DNA of 64,000 nt from Octopus sinensis (lineage: Eukaryota): contig NC_043014.1 in the NCBI RefSeq assembly GCF_006345805.1, positions 43,338,001 to 43,402,000 of the forward strand, read 5' to 3'. The notes beneath the pieces are model-generated. The model was not told the DNA's origin and did no database searches. It was given only the letters and a program-made list of their open reading frames with translations. Shown here one piece after another: positions 47,414 through 60,305 of the stretch. Each line of letters begins with the position of its first letter. The first letter of the stretch is position 1. Position numbers and translations under genes: made by a program.

Positions 47414-48172
47414 GCAGTTTGGCAAAAGAGACCGATAGAATAAGTACCAGACATAACAGTTAATTAATTATTAGGGGTTGATTTGTTTGACTAAACATTT
47501 TGCCAGAATGCCCCAGAATGGCCGCAATCCAATGACTAAAATAAGTGAAAGAAAAACGATAAATCTAATTTAGCAGCATCATTTCGGGACAATGTGTCAC
47601 CTTAGTGCATTGTTTCTAATAGCTTATTAGGTTAAAGGGGAAAAAAAAAGGAAAAGGAGCGGAGACAGGAGGGGAGGTAATCTCTCTTTCTTTGCTGCTT
47701 AGCAACAGGAAGCCTCACTCGTTGACTCTTTCGTTCACACTTTCCCATCTTTGAAAACAAAGAGAAGTTGTTGAAACTGACTCCTTCCTTATAGATATTT
47801 CCATAAACATTTCATATATCTGTTTACTTTAAAAAGAATTAATAATTTAAAAGGCTGCTTTCCTTCGCTCACCTCTTTTGTCGTCATTGTAGTCGTCATT
47901 ATATATTCTTAGTTTTAATTTCTCTTACTTTTTTTTTCACACATTTGGAATGACTGAGTGTGGAATTATCACAAAGTTTACCACCAAGTTAGGGCTTGTA
48001 CTGTATTCACAACTTTTGTTCTTCACATGAGCGAAGTAAGTTTCCGAAATGAATGTGTGTGTGTTTTTATATATATAATATATATGTATATATATATATA
48101 TATATAATTCAAATTTACAGAAAACAAAAGATGAAGGCAGGTGAGATAACATCGAGCAGGTGTATTAGTTTG

Positions 48173-48561
48173 GAGTGGAAGCACTCCGTCGGTTACGACG
48201 ATGAGGGTTCCGGTTGATCCGAATCAACGGAACAGCCTGCTCGTGAAATTAACGTGTAAGTGGCTGAGCACTCCACAGACACGTGTACCCTTAACGTAGT
48301 TCTCGGGGATATTCAGCGTGACACAGAGAGTGACAAGGCCGGCCCTTTGAAATACAGGTACAACAGAAACAGGAAGTAAGAGTGAGAGAAAGTTGTGGTG
48401 AAAGAGTACAGCAGGGATCACCACCATCCCCTGCCGGAGCCTTGTGGAGCGTTAGGTGTTTTCACTCAATAAACACTCACAACGCCCGGTCTGGGAATCG
48501 AAACCGCGATCCTACGACCGCGAGTCCGCTGCCCTAACCACTGGGCCATTGCGCCTCCACA
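48173..48561 (-). mobile_element. tRNA-derived SINE S4 (tail type a), inserted in a PLE-like element
   Basis: 12-bp TSD TGTATTAGTTTG at 48161-48172 and 48562-48573. Confidence 0.92.
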
Positions 48562-48596
48562 TGTATTAGTTTGAAACATGGGAAGAATGGAAATGT

Positions 48597-48635
48597 CTTT
48601 GACGTTTTGAGCCTACGCTCTTCTTCGACAGAAAG
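48597..48635 (-). ncRNA. decayed copy of the A6U hammerhead motif
   Basis: CTTT CTGTCGA AGAA GAGC GTAG GCTC AAAA CG TC AAAG (G12A, 3-nt insertion). Confidence 0.45.
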
Positions 48636-49194
48636 GATCGAGAGGGGAAAAAATTACAATTGTGAGAGTATTATCTAAATAGTTATTCTCAAATTCGGCC
48701 AAGAAAAAAAAAAGAAAGTTATCTCTGTATTGGCCAATAAACAAGAGGACTTCCACAGTCATAGTAATTTGAATATTTGTACCATTTTCCAGAAGTATAT
48801 TACAATCTGAAATTTCTTCATCTATACCAGTGCTATAAAACTGTCTTATTAATACTGTTGTTCTCATTTGAATCCCACAGTAATCTTCAAGCAACTAAAA
48901 TAAATCCAAATATAGAATCCAAATCATAAAGATGGATAAATCATTTTCCCATTTTATTGAGATAATCAATAGATTCTTTGATCACTCTCGTAATTTCTTC
49001 TTTTGCAATTAACTAAGTCTACATTGTTAGTTTTGTTTCACTAGACATTTTTTTTTGTTTTTTTCTTTCTGTCATGGCTTTCTAGATGAATATCTCCCCC
49101 CCCCCCACCACCACCACTCAAGCAGCATAATGGGAGTTCATGGTTTGATATTGGAGTCATTTTTCATCATCATCATCATATGTCCATTTTCCAT

Positions 49195-49575
49195 GACTGT
49201 GGCCATGCTGGAGCACCGCCTTAAGTCGAGCAAATTGACCCTAGGACTTATTCTTTGTAAGCCTAGTGCTTATTCTATTGGTCCCTTTTGCCGAACCGCT
49301 AAGTTACGGGGAAGTAAACACACCAGCATCGGTTATCAAGCAATGCTAGGGGACAAACATACACACACACACACACATTTATATATATATATATACACAC
49401 ACACATATATACGATGGGCTTCTTTCAGTTTCCGTCTACCAAATCCACTCACAAGGCTTTGGTCAGCCCGAGGCTATAGTAGAAGACACTAGCCCAAGGT
49501 GCCAAGTGGTGGGACTGAACCTGGAACCATGTGGCTGGTAAGCAAGCTACTTACCACACAACCACTCCTCCGCCT
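49195..49575 (-). mobile_element. SINE S1
   Basis: full copy. Confidence 0.88.
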
Positions 49576-50203
49576 ACTTGATTTTTTAAAAGGGCACATG
49601 TAATATTTTCTAGCTAACTATTGGAATTGATTGGGTTTGGTGTTTTTATCCAAATGCATATTGAAATGGGTCAGGATATGTGAACAGCATATTTTCAACT
49701 TTGGTAATTCAGTGCCACAGCAACTTGGTTGTATCACTTTGGCATGAACTGGTATTGATCAGGTTTTTCTGTTTCATTGATCCGTTTTATTACACCTCTG
49801 GATAAAACACACTTTTGATTTCCATGTGACATGCCTTTCTGGAGTATTATCCTGTGGAACATGTTTACCGTTTTCAATCATTTCAAAACTCCCCGAGAAA
49901 TAAGCATGGGTCCTGTATTTCAAACTTAATTCTTGAATCGATTTTTTTAAACATTTTATTTTTGTTTCCTTATTAATTGTATTTTATAAAATATTTTGCT
50001 TTAATTGACATTTTTGTTGACAAAGGTTAAAGGAAACCACAACAAAACATAGTAACATTGTTTAATTAATGTGAAATTTTAATTAAAAATATCAAAGCAA
50101 CTGCCATTCTGTTTATCCATTAAGTAACTGTATCATGCAAAATTACATAATACAAAACTTTATTATATATGTATATATATATGTATATATATATGTATGT
50201 ATG

Positions 50204-50287
<84 letters not shown>

Positions 50288-50373
50288 CAATAAATACTGT
50301 TGAGTTATCTTTTTTTATATTTTCCTAAATTTTAAAACTTGCAGCGGTAATTTTAGAGGTGTGTGTGTATATA

Positions 50374-51624
50374 CAGGGGTTGGACAAAATAATGGAAACA
50401 CCTTAAAATTTCAAACAAATTTATTTTAATATGGGGTAGGACCGCCTTTGGCAGTAATTACAGCTTGAATTCTATGAGGTATGGACCCGTACAAAGTTAA
50501 AATTTTTTTCAAAAGAATTTTGTCCACACTTCAGCTAAAACAGTCTCCAGTTCTTGTAGTGATGATGGTAGAGGATATTGACTCCTTACTCGTTTTTCTA
50601 AAATGTGCCATAATTTTCAATAATATTGAGATCTGGGGGGCTGTGGTGGCCAGATAAGATGTTCAACTTCACTAGAATGTTCATTGTGTCATTCAGTAAC
50701 AACTTTAGCTGTGTGAATTGGTGCATTATCATCCAGAAAGATTGCGTTTCCCTCCAGAAACAGTTCCGCAACCATAGGATGCATTTGATCAGATAAAATG
50801 CTTAGATAGTTTTGACTATTAATTCTGCCTTGCAGGGAAACCATTGGGCTGGCGGATTTCCAAGATATTGTCCCCCCCCCCCCCCAGATCATCACAGATC
50901 CTTCTCCATGTTTAACAGTTGGAAGAAGGCAGTCTGGGTCAAATACTTCTCTTGACTGTCTCCACACGTATACTCGGCTGGTGGTCGGAAATATGGTAAT
51001 GGATGACTCAACTGAGAAAATAACATTCTTCCACTGCTCTAGGGACCAATTCTGTAGGCTTTGCAATGTTTGTTTTTGAAAGTAGTGGTTTTCTGATTGC
51101 AGCCCTCCCATGAAATCCAGCTTTGTGCAGCTCCCAGCAAACAGATTTTGTGGAAACTGGGTTCACGAGATGGTCATTAAGCACTGCAGTCATTTTGGGA
51201 GCTGTACTTTTGTGATCCTTTCTAACAATTCATCTAAGAGTCTAATGGTCCCTTTCTGAAAGTTTTGGTTTTCTTATGGAGTTTTGTTTTGATGAAGAGG
51301 TTTTTCCCTCTTTCTCAAAGGCTGTCATTATTTTTGAGACAGTACTTCTTGATACACCAAACATTTCAGCTGTTTTCACTACACTAGTACCTGCCATATG
51401 AGCACCAACAATTTGATCTCTTTGAAAGTCTGAAGGATCTGTCATTTTAATGAATTTTAATTACCTTTTACTGATGATATCTGAAAAGAAACTGCAATTT
51501 TAGCAAAATATATTAAGCAACACTAATAATAAATCAAAACATAAAAATAGACAAGCTTTTGACGGTTTTATAGATATTTCAAAATTATGATGCTAGGTGT
51601 TCCCATTATTTTATCCAACTCCTC
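50374..51624 (-). mobile_element. full-length decayed Tc1-family transposon
   Basis: TIR CAGGGGTTGGACAAAATAATGGAAACACC / GGTGTTCCCATTATTTTATCCAACCTCTA, TA TSD; frameshifted transposase (FQRDQIVGA..VSRSTVS; AAIRKPLL; WKNVIFS.ES; TVKHGEGSVMIWG; DDNAPIH). Confidence 0.95.
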
Positions 51625-52143
51625 TATATATATATAAAGAATGAGAGAGACAGAGAAAGAGAGAGATAATGATGCAAATAAATAAACTGCTTGATACATA
51701 CATGTATACATGTAAATAATGAGAAAGCAAAGACTGAATATTCATGTATAAATATATAGATATTTATGTATTGTACAGGGTGCAAAGACACATAAAATTA
51801 AGAAGAGAAGGTATGATGTTACAGGTCCGACAGCTGTTTCTGGAGGCTTGTAATTATTTCATAATATTGGTAGATGTGGTTCACAAAAACATGCAACCAG
51901 TAGTGGAAGCATTTAAACATTGGGTAGCATATAAACATTCAGCCTCTGTCTTCAGGGTGGAGAGATAAATACCTTTGTTAGATATATAGAAAATTCATTT
52001 CACAGCAACTTGGTTCTTTTCACCTTCAGTGCCATTTGTGTGGAACCTTAAGCTCTTTCTGTTTTGTTATTTTTTTTTTCTATTGTTTTGAGTTGACCCA
52101 AAGTTAAATTTGATGAACCCTTTCAGATGTGCATATAAGTCTT

Positions 52144-52200
<57 letters not shown>

Positions 52201-52287
52201 AGAGTTTACGAAAAAAACAAAAGACGAAGACAGGTGGTGTACAAAACAAACAGATGTATTAGGATAACGCTCAGGAATAGAAAAAGT

Positions 52288-52323
52288 CTTTTACGTTTCG
52301 AGCCTACGCTCTTCTACAGAAAG
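52288..52323 (-). ncRNA. minimal hammerhead motif, A6U core variant
   Basis: CTTT CTGTAGA A GAGC GTAG GCTC GAAA CG TA AAAG. Confidence 0.65.
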
Positions 52324-52334
52324 GGACACAATGA

Positions 52335-52742
52335 AGCCAAGTGCAATCATTGTTGTGGCCAATGCTGGTTGCACATAAAAAGCAGCTTTCAAGTGTTGGG
52401 CCTCATGGAGGCAAAGTGGCCGATGCCTGTGGCACGTAGAACCTCAAGGAAGCAATGACAAATGACCAAGACCTTTGGCATTATGCTGTGCTTGAGAAGA
52501 AGACCCATCAAGTCAAGTGAAATCATAGTCTTGGTAGATATTGGTGTTATGCAAATGGCACATAAAAACACCCATTACACTCTTGGAGTGGTTGGCGTTA
52601 AGAAGGGCATCCAGCCGTAGAAACCATGCCAAATCAGACTAGAGTCTGATACAGCCTTCCAGCTTGCCAGCTCTGGTCAAACTGTCCAACCCATCCCAGC
52701 ACAGACAACAGATGTTAAATGTTGTTGATGATGATGATGATG
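52335..52742 (+). mobile_element. repeat S2, long copy including a LINE ORF2-like C-terminus
   Basis: GGGCCTCATGGAGGCAA...ATGACCAAGACCTTTGGCATTATGCTGTGCTTGAGAAG (..DQDLWHYAVLEK..), also at 56735-57022. Confidence 0.75.
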
Positions 52743-53554
52743 AGGAGGAGGAGGAGAAGGAAAGGCATCCAGCCATAGAAACCATGCCAAAGCAACCAGC
52801 AGAGCTAGTTGCAGTCCTCTGGCTTACCAGCTCCTGTTAAACTGTCCAACTCTTGTCCGCATGAAAGACGAGACATTAAGTAGTGGTGATGATGATGACG
52901 ATGATGATGATGGATGTATTATAAATATTATACAAACCATGAATAGAGAGCAGTCACAATATTTAGTGGCTTTAAATGGCTATATGTTATCTATCTTTCT
53001 CTCTCTCTCTCTGGTCTGGCAATGATGGGTGCATGGTCTTTGAAGAGATCCTAGATTGGGATAATCTCACTTTTTCTGTCCACAGAGGTTTTGAAAAAAA
53101 AAAAAAACTGGATATTTGTTTAGTGTCATCTGAACATATTCCTTCAGACATCACAGGAATCACCAAAATCTTGTACCGCTTCTAGTTGTGTTCTTTAATG
53201 TACATTTCTGTGTGGGTGTGTGTGTGGGTTTGTTTGTGTGTATTTACATTGGAACAAGCATCAGAATCTCGTTACATTTTCCATCAAATCAGTGAATGAC
53301 ATACGCTACAAAATCATTTTTACTTAGCAAAGGAGGCCAATTAGTAATCAAAGAATTTAATTTAAGTTGCAATTTATTTCAATCAGGGCATCTTTAGAAT
53401 CTATTAGAAAGGCATTGAGGGAAAAAAAAAAAAAAAAAAAAAACACAGAATCTGTAAAACCGCAAAATATATGAACACGAATGCTTTTGAATGGCAGTAA
53501 ACTGAGTAGAAGAATAAGAAAGTTATTTAATTTTATATGTGAACGGTCGATGAT

Positions 53555-54000
53555 TCAATGAGAAATTTGATGCTGTTTGTTGCTTGAAAGCTTCTTGGTA
53601 TTGGGTGTTCGACTTAGTGATGCCGATAGCAAAACATTATCCAGGTGGGCATCAGTCAATTTTGTTCTCAAATGGTTCTTAGTGCACTTCACTTTTGAAA
53701 ATAATTGCTCACACAGATAAGTGCTGCCAAACAAGGATGCCGTCGTCGTTTTGCTTTTCATTTTGTGGTTTTTGTTTATTTTTCGTTTTCGCGTTTTATT
53801 TTCATGGATAACTAAGTTAGGATACTTCCCCACTTGGATGACTATATTTTCCATACAAGTCAAGCACTGTCACATCTTCAGAATCAAAATTTATATCTTG
53901 AGATGTCATCGTGCTGCATCTCGATCAATTCTAGTTGATAATTTTCTGATGCAGTGTCCACTTACACATCAAATGGAGTAGCGAGCACCTCGAACTCATT
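53555..54000 (-). pseudogene. hAT (Buster/Charlie/SPIN-like) transposase C-terminal remnant
   Basis: ATPFDV..YQLELIEMQHD..YPNL..SLFGSTYLCEQLFSKVKCTKNHLRTKLTDAHLDNVL. Confidence 0.85.
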
Positions 54001-54182
54001 TGCATGAAAAGTGAAAATCAGCAAAACAAGATGAAAACTATTTTGCGTCGTTGTTCATAGTGTCTACTATGCTATGCTTGTATGAGTTGGACAGAATTTA
54101 TTTAGGCAGATCTTCTATGGCTGGATGCCTTTTCTGTTGCCAACCATAGCCTGTTTACAAGTGAGGTAATATTGACCTCAGC

Positions 54183-54812
54183 TAAGGTGGCAAGCTGGCA
54201 GAATCGTTAGCACGCGGGGTGAAATACTTAGTGGTATTATGTCTGCCGTTACATTCTGAGTTCAAATTCCGCCGAGGTCGACTTTGCCTTTCATCCTTTC
54301 AAGGTCGATTAAATAAGTACCAGTTACACACAGGGGTCAATATAATCGACTTAATCTGTATGTCTGCCCTTGTTTGTCCCCTCTGTGTTTATCCTCTTGT
54401 GGGCAGTAAAGAAATAGGTATTTCATCTGGCGTTACATTCTGAGTTCAAATTCTGCCGAGGTCGACTTTGCCTTTCATCTTTTCGGGGTTGATAAATTAA
54501 GTACTAGTTACGCACTGGGGTCGATGTAATCGACTTAAACCCTTTGTCTGTCTTTGTTTGTCCCCTCTTTGTTTATCCCCTTGTGGGCAATAAAGAAATA
54601 AGAAACGTTAGCACACCGGGCGAAATGCTTTGCAGTATTTCATCTGTCTTTACGTGCTGAGTTCAAATTCCGCCAAGGTCGACTTTGCCTTTCATCCTTT
54701 CAGGGTCAGTAAATTAAGTACCAGTTGCATACTGGAGTCAATCTAATCGACTGCCCCCCCCCCAAAAAAAAAATTCTGGCCTTGTGCTTAGAGTAGAAAA
54801 GAATAGTTAGCC
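54183..54812 (+). mobile_element. SINE S3 trimer
   Basis: three core units, the last with the terminal tail. Confidence 0.85.
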
Positions 54813-55096
54813 ATACTTCGGGATCCAGCCAAAAAGTGTAATGTTGGTTGATTCTGCTAGGACCCTATGGAGAAGGTTGCTGAAGACTCTATCCTCATGA
54901 CCCTGGAATAGTGGGAAGAGAAAACAGGTGGATGGACGGATCCGCTGCTTTTCTTGAAAAAGAAAAAAAACACATGTAAAAGAATAAATTGGTCTCTAGT
55001 TTTTCTGAAATGAGCTTTGAAATTGCTTATCTTCATCTTTCCTTGCATGCTTAATATCAACTTATTAAAATATCCATAGTGGTGGGTCTTGTTTAA

Positions 55097-55317
55097 CCCT
55101 TTAGTGTTCAGATTATTCTGTCAAATGTGATGTTTGTTTATTTATATTGTTTTGAATTAATCATGTATTATCTTGTAGTTTAGAGATTGCAGTGATGTGG
55201 TATTTTTAGTTTTAGAATTACATGGTAGGGCTGAGGTAAGAGGCAAGCTCTGGTCAGTTTCAATATAAAACAGGTTAAATATTCTGGCCGGATATGGCCG
55301 GTTTGAATGCTAAAGGG
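55097..55317 (-). mobile_element. TTAA-type MITE, intact
   Basis: TTAA|CCCTTTAG ... CTAAAGGG|TTAA. Confidence 0.9.
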
Positions 55318-57235
55318 TTAAGGTTACTTGATATTTTCTACCTTTCCCATTGCAATCTCTAGGTAAATGAGACAAAACTTTTCTCATTTGTCTAAAGAGT
55401 GCTTGAACAAGTAATCCAGTGTCCAAGTATATTGAAAACTTTGGTGCTCACTGTCAACCGTCTTGCGTTCTGCGTTCATCATTGCCATGGGAATTTTTTC
55501 CCTGTACTTCGAAGCTCAAGTTATTCAATAAGTATTGTAGTACATTTAAACATCTTGTTCATCTGATATCTCATTATTGCAAGACATATCAGGTTGATGT
55601 ATATCTATCAGTGTGTGAGTAGTCCTTTTGGCATGCCTTTTAACCGGTATATCTGAGGCTGTAGCAGTCATAGAGAAGAAGTGATTAACCTTGAATATTC
55701 CTTGTTCATATCAATTGTTTAAGCATGAAAGTTGACAAAATAGATACTTTACAATAATAAACTATGTATCTTTCTTTTAAGTAGACATTTAGCATTGGAT
55801 TTCTTGTTTAAAACACAATGAGACTGTGTTACTGTTTGTAAATTTGATTGATCGCATCTGCAAAATGTGCACGGGGGAATAATGTGATCCAAAAATTCAG
55901 GATTTTGATATATTAGTATTTGAATTACCACAAAACAACACTTGGGCCAGTGTAACAAAATCCCATTCATGATCCATCAATGTGGATATGTGGAACACTT
56001 AGAATAAGAATAGGAAAAAAACTGTTTCGTACTCCAATAAACAATAATCCCATTATTTGCTCACAGATCGGTCAAAAATCTCTGTGTGGACCAGATGAAG
56101 TATTTGGACTGAAGGTTGCCTGTGCTTACTCTATAAACAATTCTGTTTCTCAAAACCAGCCAGTGTTCATTCTTGTGTATTTGCTTTGTGATTCTGTCAT
56201 CGCTACTTGGGTAAACACGGTGAAGTTTATGATGTTTCACCGATGAAGTTGTAATAAGATCCCAACATGTCGGAAGTTATCTCCGTATTTGCTGGAATTA
56301 AAATATAAGTCATTGAATAATATTTTTTACTCATTACTGCATAATTTCAATTTTTTGATGTTTCCTCATTAAATAATATTTACACTAATTTAACTTTAAA
56401 TTATATAATTTTTTATAATTATTTAATTTATTACAAGGGTGGTGATCTGGCAGAATTGTTATTGCATTTCTTGCAGTTCTTTACATTCTGAGTTCAAATG
56501 CTGCTGAGGTCAACTTTGCCTTTCGTCCTTCTAAAGCCAATAAAATATGTACCAGTTGAACACTGGGGCCGATGTAATTCACTTACCCTTCTCTTAAAAT
56601 TGTTGGTCTTGTGTTAAAATTATGAAGAAAAAAATTTATTTTGCTTCTCTGTTTAAATACTACTAATATTGAATTTAGATTTTCATGGCTGAGTTCCTTT
56701 CGAGCATTGGGGCTGATGGAAGCAAAATGAGTTCCTTTTGAGTGTTGGGCCTCATGGAGGCAATGACCAAGACCTTTGGCACTATGTCGTGCTTGAGAAG
56801 AAAACCCATCAAGCTGAGCAAAATCGCAGTCATAGTAGATACTGGTGTCACATAAAAGCATCCATTAAACTCTTGGAGTGGTTGGCATGAAGGGCATCCA
56901 GCTGTAGAAAATCATGCAAAATCAGACTTGAGCCTGGTTTCCAGCATGCTAGCCCAGTCAAACCGTCCAACCCATACCAGCATGGACAACGGACATTAAA
57001 TGATGATGATGATGACGATGATTCTTCTGGAGATCAATGAATTAAGTACCATTCATTAAAATTTTTGCAACAGCTGGCAGTTAAGAAAACAGAGAAAGAA
57101 GTAAAATAGGAGAAATTATTTATTTCTTTTGTCATGGCCAGGTAGATAAAAGAAAATCTTCAATTCCTTCTTAACCTCAAAGATAAAATAAGGGAAAGTA
57201 TTCATCAGTTTTTGAAATAATTTCTATTTTTTTTT

Positions 57236-57277
<42 letters not shown>

Positions 57278-57377
57278 AACAAAAAAACATTTATTTCCTT
57301 TCTGCCCACATGAAGTAGTTGACTGATTTCTTGTATTTTACATTTTTCTTGTTAATTCTTTGGGTTTTTTTTCAACT

Positions 57378-57975
57378 TATTTCAGTCATTGGACTGTGGC
57401 CATGCTGGGGCACCACCTTGAAGGGTTTAGTGGCACAAATTGACCCCAGTACTTATTTTTAAGTCTAATACTTATTTTGATGGTTTTGTTTTTACTGAAC
57501 ACAGGAGTGGCCGTGTGTTAAGAAGCTTGTTTTCTGACTACATGGTTCCAGGTTCAGTCCCACTGTGTGGCATTTTAGGCAAGTGTCTTCTACTGTAGCC
57601 TCGGACTGACTGAAGCCTTGTGGGTGGATTTGGTAGATGGAAACTGAAAGAAGCCCATCGTGCATATATATATATATATACACACACGATGTGTGTCTGT
57701 GTTTGTCCCACTACCATCGTTTGACCACCGATGTTGGTGTGTTTATATCCCCGTAACTTAGCAGTTCAGCAAAAAAGGCCAATAGGATAAGTACTAGGCT
57801 TACAAAGAACAAGTCCTGTTTGACTACTCCAGCATGGTCGCAATCAAAGGACTGAAAAAAAGTAAAAGAAAAGAATAACGGAGACATAAACAAACCAGCT
57901 TTCATGGTGCTCTGCAGTGGATCTGAACCCAAGACCACATGTTTGGGAAGCGAGCTTCTTAGCCACACAGCCACA
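57378..57975. mobile_element. cluster of SINE S1 pieces (minus tail, plus full copy 57502-57872, minus head)
   Basis: similarity to other S1 copies. Confidence 0.75.
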
Positions 57976-59471
57976 AATAAAATACACTTGTAGTTTACCT
58001 AAGTAGAACAAATTATAAGAAAACAAAATTGAGCAATTTTTTTTTATTACATGACAAGAAAAATATAATTTCTGTTGTTTTGGCACATAGCAAAATACAA
58101 AAATTCCACTGGGTATTCTCCATGAATTGCAGTTTAAACGGGCTTCATAGAAAACTAAATATTTTGCTTGGCTTACAGAAACAGTGTTATTTAGTCCCTA
58201 GTTACCCCCAACAATACCCGCCCTGTCTTCTTTTTCTCTCTCTCTGTTCTGTGAATAGTGATATCTAGGACTATGTATTACCCATATGTCCTTCCTTTTT
58301 TTTCTTTCTAAAGATAGTAAAATAAAATATAATGGAGAATTTGGCTGTTATTTCTAGTTAATCAAATGACCCTGTACAAGCACCCTCATTAAATCGAATG
58401 AATTAGTTGTTGAGGTTAATTTGCCTTTCATCCCGCTGAGGTTGATAAAATAAAGTATCAGTAAATTACTGATGTTGATGTTGACCTGATCCCTATTCCC
58501 GTGAAATTCCTGGCCTTGTGCTCAAACAATTATTTCATGGGTGACTCGCAATTTTCTATTTGTTATTGGGATTAGTGGCTCAACTAGATTTACCTTTTAT
58601 ACACGTATGAACATGTACACGCAAAACACATACATGCATATTCTTTTCTACTCTATGCACAAGGTCTGAAATCTTGGGGGAAGCGGCCAGTCGATTAGAT
58701 CGACCCAAGTACGCAACTGGTACTCAATTTATTGATCCTGAAAAGATGAAAGGCAAAGCTGACCGCGGTGAAATTTGAACTCAGAACGTATAGATAAACG
58801 AAATACCTCTAAGTATTTCGCCGAGCGTGAAATGTGAGCCTTGACTAAACAATTCCGCCCCACCCCCAAAAATGCATCTAAAAATTTATAATTGAAGAAA
58901 ACGTGTTCCCAGGTTCTTCAATCAACTAAATTTACCTTTTATATACGTATGAACACGTACACACTCACACTCACGCACATTAAAAATATTATTATTATTA
59001 TTATTATTATTATTTTTTTTTTTTTTAAAGCTTATTGGCTGGAACTCCTGATTATAGTAGCATATAAAATTCTTGCTTTTGTCCCCAGAAAATTGGATGA
59101 TGAAATATGTAAAAGTGTTACTGTTTGGTTGTCATGTAAAAACCGTGACGGAAATTAACACCCCCAATTTTGTGCATGCCAGTGGTCATATGTGAGTTTA
59201 TGCATGTGGAGAGACAAATATGACATGGATTTCTTAAATCACACAGCTTTAGTTAAGTGTGTAATCCATGTTGTGTAATTAAGCAGGATGTATATGGAAA
59301 ATTGCATGTATAAAGTTGGTTGTGTGAGTCACATTTCCAAAACTACGTGGCTTGTTTTGTTAGGATCACTAAGGAAGAAATTTGAAAGATTTCTTTGGAA
59401 AACACATTAATGTTTGTATAGGCTTCTGAGAAAAGCTGTTTTGCTTGAGCAGCTACAGACAGCAGGTAGAT

Positions 59472-59890
59472 AGGGCGGCGAACTGGCAGAATCGTTAGCA
59501 CCCCAGGCGAAATGCTTAGCAGTATTTCGTCTGCCGTTACGTTCTGAGTTCAAATTCCGCCGAGGTCGACTTTGCCTTTCATCCTTTCGGGGTCGATTAA
59601 ATAAGTACCAGTTATGCACTGGGGTCGATATAATCAACTTAATCCGTTTGTCTGTCCTTGTTTGTCCTCTCTGTGTTTAGCCCCTTGTGGGTAGTAAAGA
59701 AATAGGTATTTCGTCTGCCGTTACGTTCTGAGTTCAAATTCCGCCAAGGTCGACTTTGCCTTTCATCCTTTCGGGGGTCGATTAAATAAGTACCAGTTAT
59801 GCACTGGGGTTGATGTAATCGACTTAATCTGTTTGTCTGTCCTTGTTTGTCCTCTCTTGTGTTTAGCCCCTTGTGGGCAGTAAAGAAAGA
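59472..59890 (+). mobile_element. SINE S3 dimer
   Basis: head plus two core units; AGG(T/C)AGATA at both flanks. Confidence 0.88.
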
Positions 59891-59928
59891 GGCAGATACT
59901 ACTCAGTTCAACCCACCATCATTTTAAC

Positions 59929-60305
59929 TTATTATCCCTGCCTTAGTGAAAGCGGAGGTATTGTTTTCAGTCATATTTGTTCGTTTGTTTGTTCCCTGGA
60001 CAAGATATCTCAAGAACCGCTGGATAGATTCGGATGAAACTTTCAGGGATGTTTGGCCTTGTAACTGGCACGATCTGATTAGATTTTGGGATTGATCTGG
60101 TACCAGACGAGATTCTAAATTATTCTTCCTGTTTTTTTACTTAATTTTTGAGAGCAGTCAGGTTCATTTTTAGTATTCTCGTTTGTGAGAGCAGTCGAGT
60201 TTATTCCAGATATTCTCATTTTGAAAATCATCTCTGGCTAATCGTTGAGAGGACATTGGTGTTGCCTTGACAGAGGTTTGTGCTCTCTGAGTGCTCTTGT
60301 CTTAT
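59929..60305 (+). mobile_element. Helentron-type non-autonomous element (HINE/DINE-1-like)
   Basis: 5' TTATTATCCCTGCCTTAGTGAAAGCGGAGGTATTGTTTTC and 3' CCTTGACAGAGGTTTGTGCTCTCTGAGTGCTCTTG match the recalled subTIR + stem-loop layout. Confidence 0.6.

Noticed and set aside
48613-48894. 93-aa minus-strand ORF with an upstream TTTTAG acceptor
   Set aside because: It runs through a homopolymer into a PLE-like element, has no convincing donor and no recognisable homology; cannot be supported without a search.
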